A model generated the notes under the pieces. It was not told the origin of the DNA. It searched no databases and worked only from the letters and a program-made list of their open reading frames with translations. Positions 28,284 through 41,329 of a stretch of DNA of 64,000 bases are shown one piece after another. A program made the position numbers and the translations under genes. The stretch covers positions 229,512 to 293,511 of the forward strand of contig CAVRGP010000013.1 of the NCBI GenBank assembly GCA_963720755.1, written 5' to 3'. The stretch is from an uncultured Chloroflexia bacterium. Its GTDB lineage: Bacteria > Chloroflexota > Limnocylindria > Limnocylindrales > CSP1-4. Every line of letters starts with the position of its first letter. Position 1 is the first letter of the stretch.

Positions 28284-29207
28284 TCAGACGGCCTCGATCG
28301 GCGGCACCCGGCCGAAGACTCGGCGCCGGCCGAACCGGCTGTTGACGATGCCGATCCCGGCGATGACGAGGCCGGTGCCGACGATCAGGCTCGCGTCGAC
28401 CGGCTCCTGCAGGACGAGGTAGCCGAGGACGATCCCGACGACCGGGATCAAGTAGGAGACGAGGGTCGTCCGGGTGGCGCCCCAATGAGCGAACAGCCGG
28501 AACACGGCCAGGTAGGCCAGTCCGGATCCCAGGACGCCCAACCACAGGATCGCGAAGATCGCCTCGCCATCCGGCCGAGCCGTCCAGGGTCGTTCCAGTG
28601 CCAGCGCGAGGACCCCGGTGATGATCGCCGCGAACGTCACCTGGAAGACGGCCGGGATCATCGGCGCCAGGCCGCGGACGTTCCGGCGCGAATAGACCGC
28701 GCCACAGGCGTAGCTGAACGAGGCACCCAGGAGGGCGAGCTCACCGGTGACCGACGATCCCTCGCCGGTCAGGCCGCGGCTGGTGATGATGACGACCCCG
28801 ATGAAGCCGACGATCAATCCGGCCACGCCGTTGACCCGCATCGGCTCGTCGACCAGGAAGATCGCCGACAGGACGATCGCGAAGAGTGGCACCGGCGACG
28901 TCAGGATCGCCGCCAGTGACGACTCGACCGACCGCTCGGCCCAGGTGATCAGCAGGAACGGGATCGTGATGTTGACGATGGCCATCACGACCAGGTGGCC
29001 ATAGGTCCGGCGGTCCCTCGGGAGCGGCGGGCGAGCGACGCGGACCACGGTCCACAGGAGCAGCGCGCCGACGGTCAGACGGAGAGCGACCAGCGTGAAG
29101 GTGCCGAAATCGCCGACGGCGAGCTTGATGAACAGGTAGCTCGAGCCCCACATGAACCCGAGTCCGAAGAAGACCAGCCAGTCCGTCCGGTTGCTCGATC
29201 CACGCAT
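28284..29207 (-). CDS. EamA/DMT family transporter
   Basis: 307 aa. FFGLGFMWGSSYLFIKLAV and a repeated EamA half. Convergent with the previous gene. Confidence 0.85.
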   Translation of the reverse strand: MRGSSNRTDWLVFFGLGFMWGSSYLFIKLAVGDFGTFTLVALRLTVGALLLWTVVRVARPPLPRDRRTYGHLVVMAIVNITIPFLLITWAERSVESSLAAILTSPVPLFAIVLSAIFLVDEPMRVNGVAGLIVGFIGVVIITSRGLTGEGSSVTGELALLGASFSYACGAVYSRRNVRGLAPMIPAVFQVTFAAIITGVLALALERPWTARPDGEAIFAILWLGVLGSGLAYLAVFRLFAHWGATRTTLVSYLIPVVGIVLGYLVLQEPVDASLIVGTGLVIAGIGIVNSRFGRRRVFGRVPPIEAV

Positions 29208-29288
29208 CGGTGCATCCTACCCGGCGGGGTCGTCGCCGGGACCTCGCCGGGGCGATCCGTCCATCCGGCCCGGTCAGCCGGACCGTGA

Positions 29289-32294
<3,006 letters not shown>

Positions 32295-32297
32295 CCG

Positions 32298-34547
32298 ATG
32301 TCGATCACCTGGAACCCGGAGTCCCGGACCCTCCACCTCCGGAACGACTTCGTCAGCTACGTTCTGCGCGTCCATGACGACGGGAGACTTGGCCAGATCC
32401 ATGTCGGGGCTCCCCTCGCCGTCGACCGGGTCCTGGCCGGTGTCGCGTCTCCTGAGGTCTTCGAGCGTGAGGGCCTCGATCTCCACGGTCGTCCGCCGGT
32501 CGCGGTGGCCTACCCGACGACCGGGACGGGCGACTACCGGATCCCGGCCCTGACGGTCGAGCTGGCGGACGGCTCGACCGTCGTCGACTTGCGCTACATC
32601 GAGCACCGGATCGTGGCGGGCAAGCCCGACTGGCCCGAGAACCCGTTGCCGACCACGTATGTCGAGGCCGACGACGAGGCCGACACGCTCGTCGTCACCC
32701 TGGCCGATGGGCTCAGCGGGCTGACGGTCGAACTGGCCTTCACGATCTTCGCCGACCGTCCGGTCGTCGCCCGGAGTGCCCGGATCCGGAACGACGGCAC
32801 GGACTCGATCCAGCTCAACGCCGCCATGAGCCTGTCCGTGGATCTGCCCGACGCGGACTGGCACCGGCTCCAGCTGAGCGGCACCTGGGCGCGCGAGAAC
32901 CATGTCGTGACCGGGCCGCTGCGGCCGGGCCGCCAGTCGGTCGGGAGCGACCGCGGCGCCTCGAGTCACCAGCACAACCCGTTCATGGCCCTCGTTCGGC
33001 CGACGACGACCGAGGCGACGGGTGAGGTCTACGGCTTCAGCCTCGTCTACTCCGGCAACTTCATCGCGGAGGCCGAGGTCGACACCCACGGCACGACCCG
33101 GATCCGGCTCGGCATCAGCCCCGACACGTTCCGCTGGGCCCTTCAACCAGGGGAGGCGTTCGTCACGCCGGAAGCCATCGTCGTCTATTCGGACCATGGC
33201 CTCGGCGGGATGAGCGATGCCTTCCACGGTCTGTTCCGGGAGCGACTGGCCCGTGGCGTGTGGCGCGATGCGCCGCGACCGATCCTCCTCAACAACTGGG
33301 AAGCGACCTACTTCGACTTCGACCAGCCCAAGCTGCTGCGCATCGCCAGCGCCGCTCGCGACCTGGGCGTCGAGCTGTTCGTCCTCGACGACGGCTGGTA
33401 CGGGAAGCGCGATTCGGACGACTCGTCGCTGGGCGACTGGTTCGTCGACCGGGCCAAGCTGCCCGACGGTCTCGACGGCCTGGGACGACAGGTCGAGGCC
33501 CTGGGACTGCGGTTCGGGGTGTGGATCGAGCCGGAGATGATCAGCCCGCGCAGCCGTCTGTTCGAGGCCCATCCGGACTGGGCGATCGGCGTGCCGGGCC
33601 GGCCGAGGACGGAGAGCCGCCGTCAGCTCGTGCTCGACATGTCCCGCCCGGAGATCGTGGACCACCTGTTCGGCGCCCTGTCCGACGTGTTCGCGACGGC
33701 CCCGATCTCGTACGTCAAGTGGGACATGAACCGGACCATCACCGAGCCGTACAGCCTGGCCCTTCCGGCCGAGCGACAGGGTGAGTTCTTCCATCGCCAC
33801 ATCCTCGGCGTGTACGACCTGTATCGCCGCCTGACGACGGCCTTTCCGAACATCCTGTTCGAATCGTGTGCGGGCGGTGGCGGGCGGTTCGATCCGGGCA
33901 TGCTGGCCTTCGCGCCGCAGGCATGGACGAGCGACGACACCGATGCCATCGAGCGGCTGAAGATCCAGTGGGGAACGTCGCTGGCCTACCCGATCAGTTC
34001 GATGGGCGCCCACGTCGCCGCTGCCCCCAACCACCAGACCGGCCGGATCACCCCGATCGAGACGCGCGCCGCGGTGGCCTTCTTCGGTGCGTTCGGCTAC
34101 GAGCTCGATCCGACCGCCCTGAGCGACGCCGACCGGACGGCCATCGCCGACCAGATCGCGTTCTACAAGGTCCATCGGACGACGTTCCAGTACGGCCGGT
34201 TCGTCCGCCTGCGCAGCCCGTTCGAACCCGGCCGCGACGATACCGCCTGGATGGTCGTCTCGCCCGACGGATCGAGCGCCATCGTGGCCTACGTCAAGGC
34301 GCTCAACGAACCCACCCCGCCGAGCGACCGGCTGCGCCTCCGCGGGCTCGATCCGGCGGCGGCCTATCGCGTGGAAGGTTGGCCCCACAAGGACGACCCG
34401 CTCGTCATCGACAACGCGGGCCTCCGCGGCGGTGACGAGTTGATGGCGGTCGGGCTGTCGCTCGAGGCCCACCGTCACGATGCGGCCCGATGGGGTGATT
34501 TCCGGGCCTGGCTGTTCGTCCTGGAGCGGGACGGCGGGCAGGGCTAG
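32298..34547 (+). CDS. alpha-galactosidase, glycoside hydrolase family 36
   Basis: 749 aa. LLNNWEATYFDF, FVLDDGWYGKR, YVKWDMNR and CAGGGGRFD blocks typical of GH36 (AgaA/RafA type). Confidence 0.9.
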   Translation: MSITWNPESRTLHLRNDFVSYVLRVHDDGRLGQIHVGAPLAVDRVLAGVASPEVFEREGLDLHGRPPVAVAYPTTGTGDYRIPALTVELADGSTVVDLRYIEHRIVAGKPDWPENPLPTTYVEADDEADTLVVTLADGLSGLTVELAFTIFADRPVVARSARIRNDGTDSIQLNAAMSLSVDLPDADWHRLQLSGTWARENHVVTGPLRPGRQSVGSDRGASSHQHNPFMALVRPTTTEATGEVYGFSLVYSGNFIAEAEVDTHGTTRIRLGISPDTFRWALQPGEAFVTPEAIVVYSDHGLGGMSDAFHGLFRERLARGVWRDAPRPILLNNWEATYFDFDQPKLLRIASAARDLGVELFVLDDGWYGKRDSDDSSLGDWFVDRAKLPDGLDGLGRQVEALGLRFGVWIEPEMISPRSRLFEAHPDWAIGVPGRPRTESRRQLVLDMSRPEIVDHLFGALSDVFATAPISYVKWDMNRTITEPYSLALPAERQGEFFHRHILGVYDLYRRLTTAFPNILFESCAGGGGRFDPGMLAFAPQAWTSDDTDAIERLKIQWGTSLAYPISSMGAHVAAAPNHQTGRITPIETRAAVAFFGAFGYELDPTALSDADRTAIADQIAFYKVHRTTFQYGRFVRLRSPFEPGRDDTAWMVVSPDGSSAIVAYVKALNEPTPPSDRLRLRGLDPAAAYRVEGWPHKDDPLVIDNAGLRGGDELMAVGLSLEAHRHDAARWGDFRAWLFVLERDGGQG

Positions 34548-34549
34548 CG

Positions 34550-35752
34550 TTGTCTCGTCGATGGCGACTCCGCGATGTGCCCGACCCTGAGCGTCTGCGC
34601 GTCCGCCTCGCCGATCGGGATCCGATCGCCGCGGCAGCCGGCACGACGGCGATCTCCGTGGTTCGGGCGCCCGGCCGGGTCAACCTGATCGGGGAGCACA
34701 CGGACTACAACGACGGCTTCGTCATGCCGGCGGCGATCGGCCTGGAGATCCGCATGGCATTCGTCCGGACCGATGACCGCCGGGTCGAGATCACCCTCGA
34801 TGACTCCGGCGAGCGGCAGACCTTCAACCTGGACGCGATCGGCCCTCGGTCCGGGTCGTGGATCGACTACGTGGCCGGGACGGCCTGGGCGCTGCGCGAC
34901 AGCGGGCGACCGATGCATGGGTTCCGCGGGATCCTCGCCAGCAACCTTCCCCGGGGAGCCGGCCTGTCGTCGTCGGCGGCGCTGGAGATGGCCGCGGCCC
35001 TCGCCCTGCTCGACGACGGTCCGGACATCGAACCGGGGATCCGGGCGCGGGCCGGCCAGCGAGCCGAGAACGCCTATGTCGGCGTCCAGTCCGGGATCAT
35101 GGATCAGTTCGCGTCCGCGGCGGGGATCGCCGACCATGCCATCCTGCTCGACTGCCGCTCGCTCGACTGGCGGCCTGTCCCGCTGCCGCTCGATCGCTAC
35201 GCGATCGTCGTCTGCCACAGCGGGTCATCGCACAAGCACGATGCCTCCGGCTACAACGATCGTCGGGCCGATTGCGAGCGCGCCGTGGCGGCCATCGCCA
35301 CCCTGGACCCCGGGGTGACCTCGCTCAGGGACGTGGACGAGACGCTCCTGGAGGAGGCCGCCGACCGGATGGATGCGGTCGCGGTCAGCCGGGCCCGCCA
35401 CATCGTCGAAGAGAACCGCCGCGTCCTGGAAACGGAGCGGGCGCTGGCTGCCGGAGACATGGCCGCGGTCGGACGGTTGTTCGGGGAGAGTCATGCCTCG
35501 ATGCGCGACCTCTACGAGATCAGCACGCCCGGGCTCGATGCCCTGGTCGAGATCGCCGCCGAGACCGAGGGCGTGGCCGCCGCGCGGATGACCGGAGGCG
35601 GGTTTGGCGGATCGACGGTCAACCTCGTGGAGCGCGACCGCGTCGCGGCATTCCGGACAGCGATCGAGCGCGATTATCCGGCTCGGACCGGGCTCCACCC
35701 GCGGGTGATCGAGGTCGACGCGGTCGCGGGGGCGAGCATCATCGCCGACTGA
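34550..35752 (+). CDS. galK: galactokinase
   Basis: GRVNLIGEHTDYNDGFV signature and GHMP motif PRGAGLSSSAALE. Start is TTG 34550 or GTG 34577. Confidence 0.9.
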   Translation: MSRRWRLRDVPDPERLRVRLADRDPIAAAAGTTAISVVRAPGRVNLIGEHTDYNDGFVMPAAIGLEIRMAFVRTDDRRVEITLDDSGERQTFNLDAIGPRSGSWIDYVAGTAWALRDSGRPMHGFRGILASNLPRGAGLSSSAALEMAAALALLDDGPDIEPGIRARAGQRAENAYVGVQSGIMDQFASAAGIADHAILLDCRSLDWRPVPLPLDRYAIVVCHSGSSHKHDASGYNDRRADCERAVAAIATLDPGVTSLRDVDETLLEEAADRMDAVAVSRARHIVEENRRVLETERALAAGDMAAVGRLFGESHASMRDLYEISTPGLDALVEIAAETEGVAAARMTGGGFGGSTVNLVERDRVAAFRTAIERDYPARTGLHPRVIEVDAVAGASIIAD

Positions 35753-35815
35753 CCGCTCGGCGCCAGGATCAGGCGCGCCCGGGACCGGCCGGGTGGACCC
35801 GCACTCAGGTCCGGA

Positions 35816-36724
35816 TCAGCCCTTCGTCGAGCCCAGGGTGAGGCCGCGGACGAACTGCTTGGACAGGACCAGGTACACGACGATCGTCGGCAGGGCGACG
35901 ATGAAGGCGGCGGCCGCCAGCTGGTTCTGATCGGTGAAGAAGGCCCCCTGCAGATTGTTCAACGCCGTCGTGATCGGCCGTTTGTTCCCGGTCACCATCA
36001 GGAACAGGGCCCAGAAGAAGTCGTTGTAGATGAACGTGAATTCGAGCACGGCCAGGGCGGCCAGAGCCGGGCGGACGAGCGGCAGGATGACCCGGCTGTA
36101 GATCGTCCACAGCGACGCCCCGTCGACGAGGGCGGCCTCGGTCAGCTCCCTGGAGATCGTCTTCATGTAGTTGCTCAGGACGAACGTGCAGAAGCCCGTC
36201 TGGAAGATGACGTGGATCAGGATGAGCCCAAAGTACGAGTCGTACAGAACGCCGTGGTCGCTCAGCGGGACCGGCAGGGGCAGGAGGAGGTAGATGCGAT
36301 AGAGCGGCACGATGATGACCTGCGGTGGGAGCAGGTTGCCGGCCGTGAACATCATCAGCAGCAGCAGGTTCGCCCGGAAACTGAACCGGGAGAAGATGAA
36401 CCCGAGCATCGACGAGATGAACAGGGTCAGGGTCACGGCCGGGATGGCGATGATCAACGTGTTGAAGAAGAACCTGGGCATCTCCGCTTCGTTCCAGGCG
36501 GAGATGAAGTTGTCGAGGGTCAGCGTCCTCGGCCACGATACGTAGCCGTCCCTGATCGTGTCCCCGAACGGGCGAAGGGCCGTGAACAGCGTCCACAGGA
36601 TGGGGAACAGCCAGAGCAGGGCCATGCTGATGAGGAAGACGTGGAGGACGACCCGCTGCCATCGTCGGGAGGTCCGGTTGCCCCCGCGGACCTTGACGGC
36701 CGGCTGGACGATCTCGGCGCTCAT
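35816..36724 (-). CDS. carbohydrate ABC transporter permease (MalG-like)
   Basis: 302 aa, 6 TM, EAA-type loop (LTEAALVDGASLWTIYSRVILP). Confidence 0.9.
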   Translation of the reverse strand: MSAEIVQPAVKVRGGNRTSRRWQRVVLHVFLISMALLWLFPILWTLFTALRPFGDTIRDGYVSWPRTLTLDNFISAWNEAEMPRFFFNTLIIAIPAVTLTLFISSMLGFIFSRFSFRANLLLLMMFTAGNLLPPQVIIVPLYRIYLLLPLPVPLSDHGVLYDSYFGLILIHVIFQTGFCTFVLSNYMKTISRELTEAALVDGASLWTIYSRVILPLVRPALAALAVLEFTFIYNDFFWALFLMVTGNKRPITTALNNLQGAFFTDQNQLAAAAFIVALPTIVVYLVLSKQFVRGLTLGSTKG

Positions 36725-37701
36725 GATGCGTCCTCGCGCATCGTCCGGGTGAGGAAGATGACGATCGGGACGAGCGATATGGTGAGGAGGACGACCGCGA
36801 TGGCCGAGCCGAAGCCGATCAGGCTTGCCTCACTCAGGCTGTTGTTGGTGATCAGGATGGACAGCAGTTCGAGACCGTTCTTGCCGCGGTTGATGATGTA
36901 GGCGATGTCGAATGCGCGCAGCGACTCGATGACGGTGATCACGACGATGACGATGTTGATCGGCCGCATCACCGGGAAGACGACCCGGAAGAAGGTCTGA
37001 CGGGCATTCGCCCCATCGATCGCGGCGGCCTCCCGCAGCGTCGGGTCGACGCTCTTCAGGCCGGCCAGGTAGAGGACCATCACGTAGCCCACGTGGCGCC
37101 AGCCGGCCGCGACCAGGACCGCCCAGATATTGAGCGACGGGTTACCGAGCCAGTCGATGACATTGCCCTGCCCGGTCGTTCCCAGGATGCTGTTGATGAA
37201 CCCCTGCGAGTTGTACATCTGCTGCCAGATGAAGCCGACCACCGCCAGGGACAGGACGACCGGGATGAAGAAGGCGCTCTGGTAGATCCGCGTCCCACGC
37301 ATCTCGCGGTCGAGCAGGACAGCCAGGAACATCCCGATCGGGGTGGCGATGAACACGAACGTCACCAGCCACAGGATGTTGTGCCCGACCGCCGGCCAGA
37401 AGAACGGGTAGCTGGTGAACAGCGTCTCGTAGTTCTTGAGCCCGACGATGTTGTCCATCGTGATCCCGGTGATGCCGCGCCAGTTGGTGAACGACAGCAG
37501 GAACGAGCCGACCGTCGGCATCCAGATGAAGAACAGGCACAGGAAGGTCGGGATCCCGACCATCAGGGCCATCGTGATCCGGTCCCGCCGGGTCAGCACG
37601 GAGTACTTGCGCTTCTTCTTTTGCGCCGGACGCACGTCCGCCCCGCCGGTCGGGGGACCGGTCAGGGCGGAAGCGCCTGGGGGCGTGGTCGGTCCTGACA
37701 T
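36721..37701 (-). CDS. carbohydrate ABC transporter permease (MalF-like)
   Basis: 326 aa, EAA loop (LREAAAIDGANARQTFFRVVFP). Its stop overlaps the downstream permease start (ATGA). Confidence 0.9.
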   Translation of the reverse strand: MSGPTTPPGASALTGPPTGGADVRPAQKKKRKYSVLTRRDRITMALMVGIPTFLCLFFIWMPTVGSFLLSFTNWRGITGITMDNIVGLKNYETLFTSYPFFWPAVGHNILWLVTFVFIATPIGMFLAVLLDREMRGTRIYQSAFFIPVVLSLAVVGFIWQQMYNSQGFINSILGTTGQGNVIDWLGNPSLNIWAVLVAAGWRHVGYVMVLYLAGLKSVDPTLREAAAIDGANARQTFFRVVFPVMRPINIVIVVITVIESLRAFDIAYIINRGKNGLELLSILITNNSLSEASLIGFGSAIAVVLLTISLVPIVIFLTRTMREDAS

Positions 37702-37761
37702 TTCGTCAGGTTAGCGCACGTCGCAACGTACTTGTCAGTTCCCTCGGTATTCCGTGCTGGT

Positions 37762-39156
37762 CTAGCTCTCGGGTGGCAGCGACTCCCAGAACGACTGGAT
37801 CCCGGCCTGGTACGCGGCCAGATCCTGCGTCGGGTTGGCGAGGAACTGCTGGAGGAAGCTCTGCATGCCGTTCGCGCCGGCGAAGTCAGAGCGGGTGTCG
37901 CGGTCGAGGAACTGGGTGATCCGCGTGGCTTTGGAGACGATCTCGACGGCCTTCTTCTGAAGGTCGCTGTATGAGCTCGTATCCGTGTCATTGGCGGTCG
38001 GGATCAGGCCCGGCTGGTTCTGGAACATGATCAGCTGGGTGGAACCCTTCGACCAGAACTCGAGATAGGCCTTGGCGGCGTCCATCTCGTCGGCCAGGTA
38101 GGGCGACTTGGCGGCGAGCTGCCAGGTGTCGATCGGCGCGTCGAGCGCGGCTTCCGCGTCGAATTCGTTGCCGAACGTGGGGAACGGGAAGAAGTCGAGG
38201 TCGGCGATGTCCGCCGGATCGTTCGTGGCGGCGAACTGCGCCGAGACGAACAGGCCGAGCAGGTACATGCCGGACTTCTTCTGGACGAGGGTGTCGGCCG
38301 CCTGCTGCCAGGTGAGGCCGGCATAGTCCGTGGCCTGGTAGGGGCTGAGTTCCGCCCACTTCTGGAAGACCGCGGTGACCTTCGGATCCGTCCACTTCTC
38401 GCTGCCGGCCATCAGGCCGACGTGGAAGTCGTAGCCGTTCGTCCGCAGGTTGAGGATGTCGAACGTGCCCATCGCCGGCCAGCCGTCCGAGTCGCCGAAG
38501 GCGATCGGGGTGAGGCCGTCGGCCTGCATCTTCTTGGACAGCGTGATCAGGTCGTCCCAGGTCGCCGGGATCGTGTAGCCCTTGTCGGCGAAGACGCTCT
38601 TCCGATAGAAGACCGCCCATGGGTAGTAGTCGACCGGGACGCCGTAGACCTTGCCGTCGTTGCCGACGACGCTGTTGGCGAAGCCCTCGGTGTAGTTGCT
38701 GCTGACCGTCGCCCAGACGTCGTCGACCGGGACGTTGAGGCCCTGGGACGCGAAGAACTTCATGCGATACCCGGAGAACCAGGTGTAGCCGGTATCCGGG
38801 GTGCCGCCGAGGTAGTTCGTGATCTGGTCCTGGAAGGTGCCGTGGTCGACCGTGTTCATCACGACGTCGACGCCGGTCGCGGTCTTGAATGCCGCGTTGA
38901 TCGCCTCCATCCCGGTCTTTTCACCGGGGTCGGAGTGGTTGCTGCCGACGTGCAACTGGCCACTCAGGCTCGGCATCGCGCTCGGTTCGGTGCTCGTGCC
39001 GGGCGCTACGGACGGTGGGGTCGTCGGGGCCGTCGACGATGACGAGCCGCTGCAGGCCGCGATGATCGCGGAAACGGACACGAGTCCGGCCGCGCCGGCC
39101 ATGCCCTTCAGCACGGTCCGCCGTGTGACCGGGTTCACCCACGTGGGTTCTGCCAT
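37762..39156 (-). CDS. extracellular sugar-binding protein of the ABC importer (Tat/lipoprotein signal)
   Basis: ORF 37762..39222(-). ATG at 39156 preceded by GAGGAGG. TRRTVLKGMAGAAGLVSVSAIIAACSG signal. Family 1 solute-binding protein profile. Confidence 0.85.
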   Translation of the reverse strand: MAEPTWVNPVTRRTVLKGMAGAAGLVSVSAIIAACSGSSSSTAPTTPPSVAPGTSTEPSAMPSLSGQLHVGSNHSDPGEKTGMEAINAAFKTATGVDVVMNTVDHGTFQDQITNYLGGTPDTGYTWFSGYRMKFFASQGLNVPVDDVWATVSSNYTEGFANSVVGNDGKVYGVPVDYYPWAVFYRKSVFADKGYTIPATWDDLITLSKKMQADGLTPIAFGDSDGWPAMGTFDILNLRTNGYDFHVGLMAGSEKWTDPKVTAVFQKWAELSPYQATDYAGLTWQQAADTLVQKKSGMYLLGLFVSAQFAATNDPADIADLDFFPFPTFGNEFDAEAALDAPIDTWQLAAKSPYLADEMDAAKAYLEFWSKGSTQLIMFQNQPGLIPTANDTDTSSYSDLQKKAVEIVSKATRITQFLDRDTRSDFAGANGMQSFLQQFLANPTQDLAAYQAGIQSFWESLPPES

Positions 39157-39374
39157 GGGTATTTCCTCCTCAGATGCTGCGCGACAAAATCCCACAGGAT
39201 CAACCGGATTGTCCCCATCCACAACCCAGATGTCAAGGTCACGCTCCCCGTATTGTGTATCATTTGTTGGAACGCGTTGACTTTCTATCGGTTGCGCTGC
39301 AATCTCTCGATCAGGAAAGCGAGGGACCGGGTGTCAGCAGGTATGCCAGTCGTCGATCCGGCAGGGCCGCGGTG

Positions 39375-40217
39375 ATGCTCGCCCGACAGCGGCAGGCGTT
39401 CATCCTCGAGCGAGTCCGGGAGGACGGCGCGGTCCGTGTCGCCGACCTGGTCCGCGAACTCGGCGTGTCGGACATGACCGTCCGCCGGGATCTCGAGGCC
39501 CTCGACGAGCGCGGGTTGCTCGAGAAGGTCCATGGCGGCGCGACGCTGGTGGCCGGCTCGGCCATGTTCGAGCCGGGGTTCGCGGCGAAGTCGGCGTTGC
39601 AGCAAGCTGAAAAGGACGCCATCGCCGACGCCGCCGTCGATCTCGCCGAACCGGGGATGGCGATCGCCGTATCAGCCGGGACGACGACCTACGCCCTCGC
39701 CCAGCGACTGGCCGCCGTGCCAGGCCTGACCGTCGTGACCAACTCGATCCGGGTCGCGGACGTCCTGCACCAGGGCGGGCGGAGCGACCAGACGATCATC
39801 CTGACCGGCGGCGTCCGGACGCCGTCCGAAGCGCTGGTCGGTCCGTTCGCCGTCTCCGCGCTGCGCACGATCCACGTCGACCTCGTCTATGTCGGCGTCC
39901 ATGGGATGGACCCCCGATCCGGGTTCACCTGCCCGAACCTGCTCGAAGCCGACACCGACCGGGCCTTGATCGAAGCCGGTCGCCGGCTCGTGGTCGTGGC
40001 CGATCATTCGAAGTGGGGAGTCATCGGGATCAGCTCGATCGCCCGGCTCGATCAGGCCGACGTCCTGGTCACCGACGCGGGTCTCCCGCCGGACGCCCGG
40101 TTGATCCTGGGCGAGGCCGTCCGCGAGCTTCGCATCGTGGAACCGTCGGCGTCGGGATGGCCAGGGATGAACGCCGGCACCGACGCCGGCCCGCACGCGG
40201 CCGTCGATGTCCACTGA
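39375..40217 (+). CDS. DeoR family transcriptional regulator
   Basis: In-frame ATG at 39375 of ORF 39174..40217(+). HTH RVADLVRELGVSDMTVRRDLEAL plus a DeoR C-terminal sugar-phosphate sensor domain. Confidence 0.85.
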   Translation: MLARQRQAFILERVREDGAVRVADLVRELGVSDMTVRRDLEALDERGLLEKVHGGATLVAGSAMFEPGFAAKSALQQAEKDAIADAAVDLAEPGMAIAVSAGTTTYALAQRLAAVPGLTVVTNSIRVADVLHQGGRSDQTIILTGGVRTPSEALVGPFAVSALRTIHVDLVYVGVHGMDPRSGFTCPNLLEADTDRALIEAGRRLVVVADHSKWGVIGISSIARLDQADVLVTDAGLPPDARLILGEAVRELRIVEPSASGWPGMNAGTDAGPHAAVDVH

Positions 40218-41274
40218 ACCGATCCCGACCGAAGCGACGGTCGCCCGACTCGCCGCCGAGCCCCATCGTCGGTACGACCCGCTTGGTGACGAGTGGGTGC
40301 TCGTGTCAGCGGGACGGACCCGCCGGCCGTGGCTGGGTGCACAGGAGCCGGCCCCCGAGCCGCCCGGGATCAGCTATGACCCCACCTGCTACCTGTGCCC
40401 GGGCAATACCCGCGCGAACGGCAACGTCAACCCGGCCTATGCCGACACCTTCGTCTTCACCAACGACTTCGCCGCGCTTCGGCCGGATACCTCGGTCGAC
40501 CAGGTCGACGATCGGCTGCTCCAGGCCCACGGGGAACGGGGCACGTGTCGGGTCGTCTGTTTCGCTCCTCAGCACGACCTGACCCTCGGTCGGATGGAGC
40601 AGCCGGCCGTCCGAGGCGTGATCGACATGTGGGCCGCCCAGTCGGACGAGCTGGGTGAGGACTATCGCTGGGTCCAGGTCTTCGAGAACCGCGGGGAGGC
40701 GATGGGTGCCTCGAACCCGCACCCGCACGGCCAGATCTGGGCCGGCACCGCGCTCCCGGGCGTGGCCGCACGCGAAGACTCCACCCAGCGCGCTCATCTG
40801 GCCGCCACCGGCCAGCGCCTGCTGCTCGACTACGTCGGCCAGGAGACGGGCGGACCCCGGGTGGTCGTCGAGACGGACGAGTGGCTCACGGTCGTGCCGT
40901 TCTGGGCCGCCTGGCCGTTCGAGACGCTGATGATCCCGAAGCGCCCGGCGGCGCGTCTGGCCGGGTTGGACGATGCGGCCCGGAACGATCTCGCGGTCGT
41001 CCTGCACGAGCTGATCGGCCGCTACAACGGCCTGTTCAAGCGTGCATTCCCGTACTCGATGGGCTGGCACCAGGCGCCGTTCGATGGCGGGACGACCGAT
41101 CACTGGCAGGTCCACGCTCATTTCTATCCGCCGCTGCTGCGGGCGAAGGTCCGCAAGTTCATGGTCGGCTACGAATTGCTGGCCGAGACGCAGCGCGACC
41201 TGACCGCCGAGGATGCCGCCGCTCGGTTGCGTGCGGTCGTGCTGGAGCCGCCGGCGACGGGGAACGCAGCCTAG
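40207..41274 (+). CDS. galT: galactose-1-phosphate uridylyltransferase
   Basis: CYLCPGN zinc motif and active-site HPHGQIW. The start overlaps the deoR 3' end by 11 nt. Confidence 0.9.
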   Translation: MSTEPIPTEATVARLAAEPHRRYDPLGDEWVLVSAGRTRRPWLGAQEPAPEPPGISYDPTCYLCPGNTRANGNVNPAYADTFVFTNDFAALRPDTSVDQVDDRLLQAHGERGTCRVVCFAPQHDLTLGRMEQPAVRGVIDMWAAQSDELGEDYRWVQVFENRGEAMGASNPHPHGQIWAGTALPGVAAREDSTQRAHLAATGQRLLLDYVGQETGGPRVVVETDEWLTVVPFWAAWPFETLMIPKRPAARLAGLDDAARNDLAVVLHELIGRYNGLFKRAFPYSMGWHQAPFDGGTTDHWQVHAHFYPPLLRAKVRKFMVGYELLAETQRDLTAEDAAARLRAVVLEPPATGNAA

Positions 41275-41329
41275 GTCACGGCACGCTGGGGCCCGAGGGA
41301 CACCGGCCGCGGCGGGTAGCATACGGACG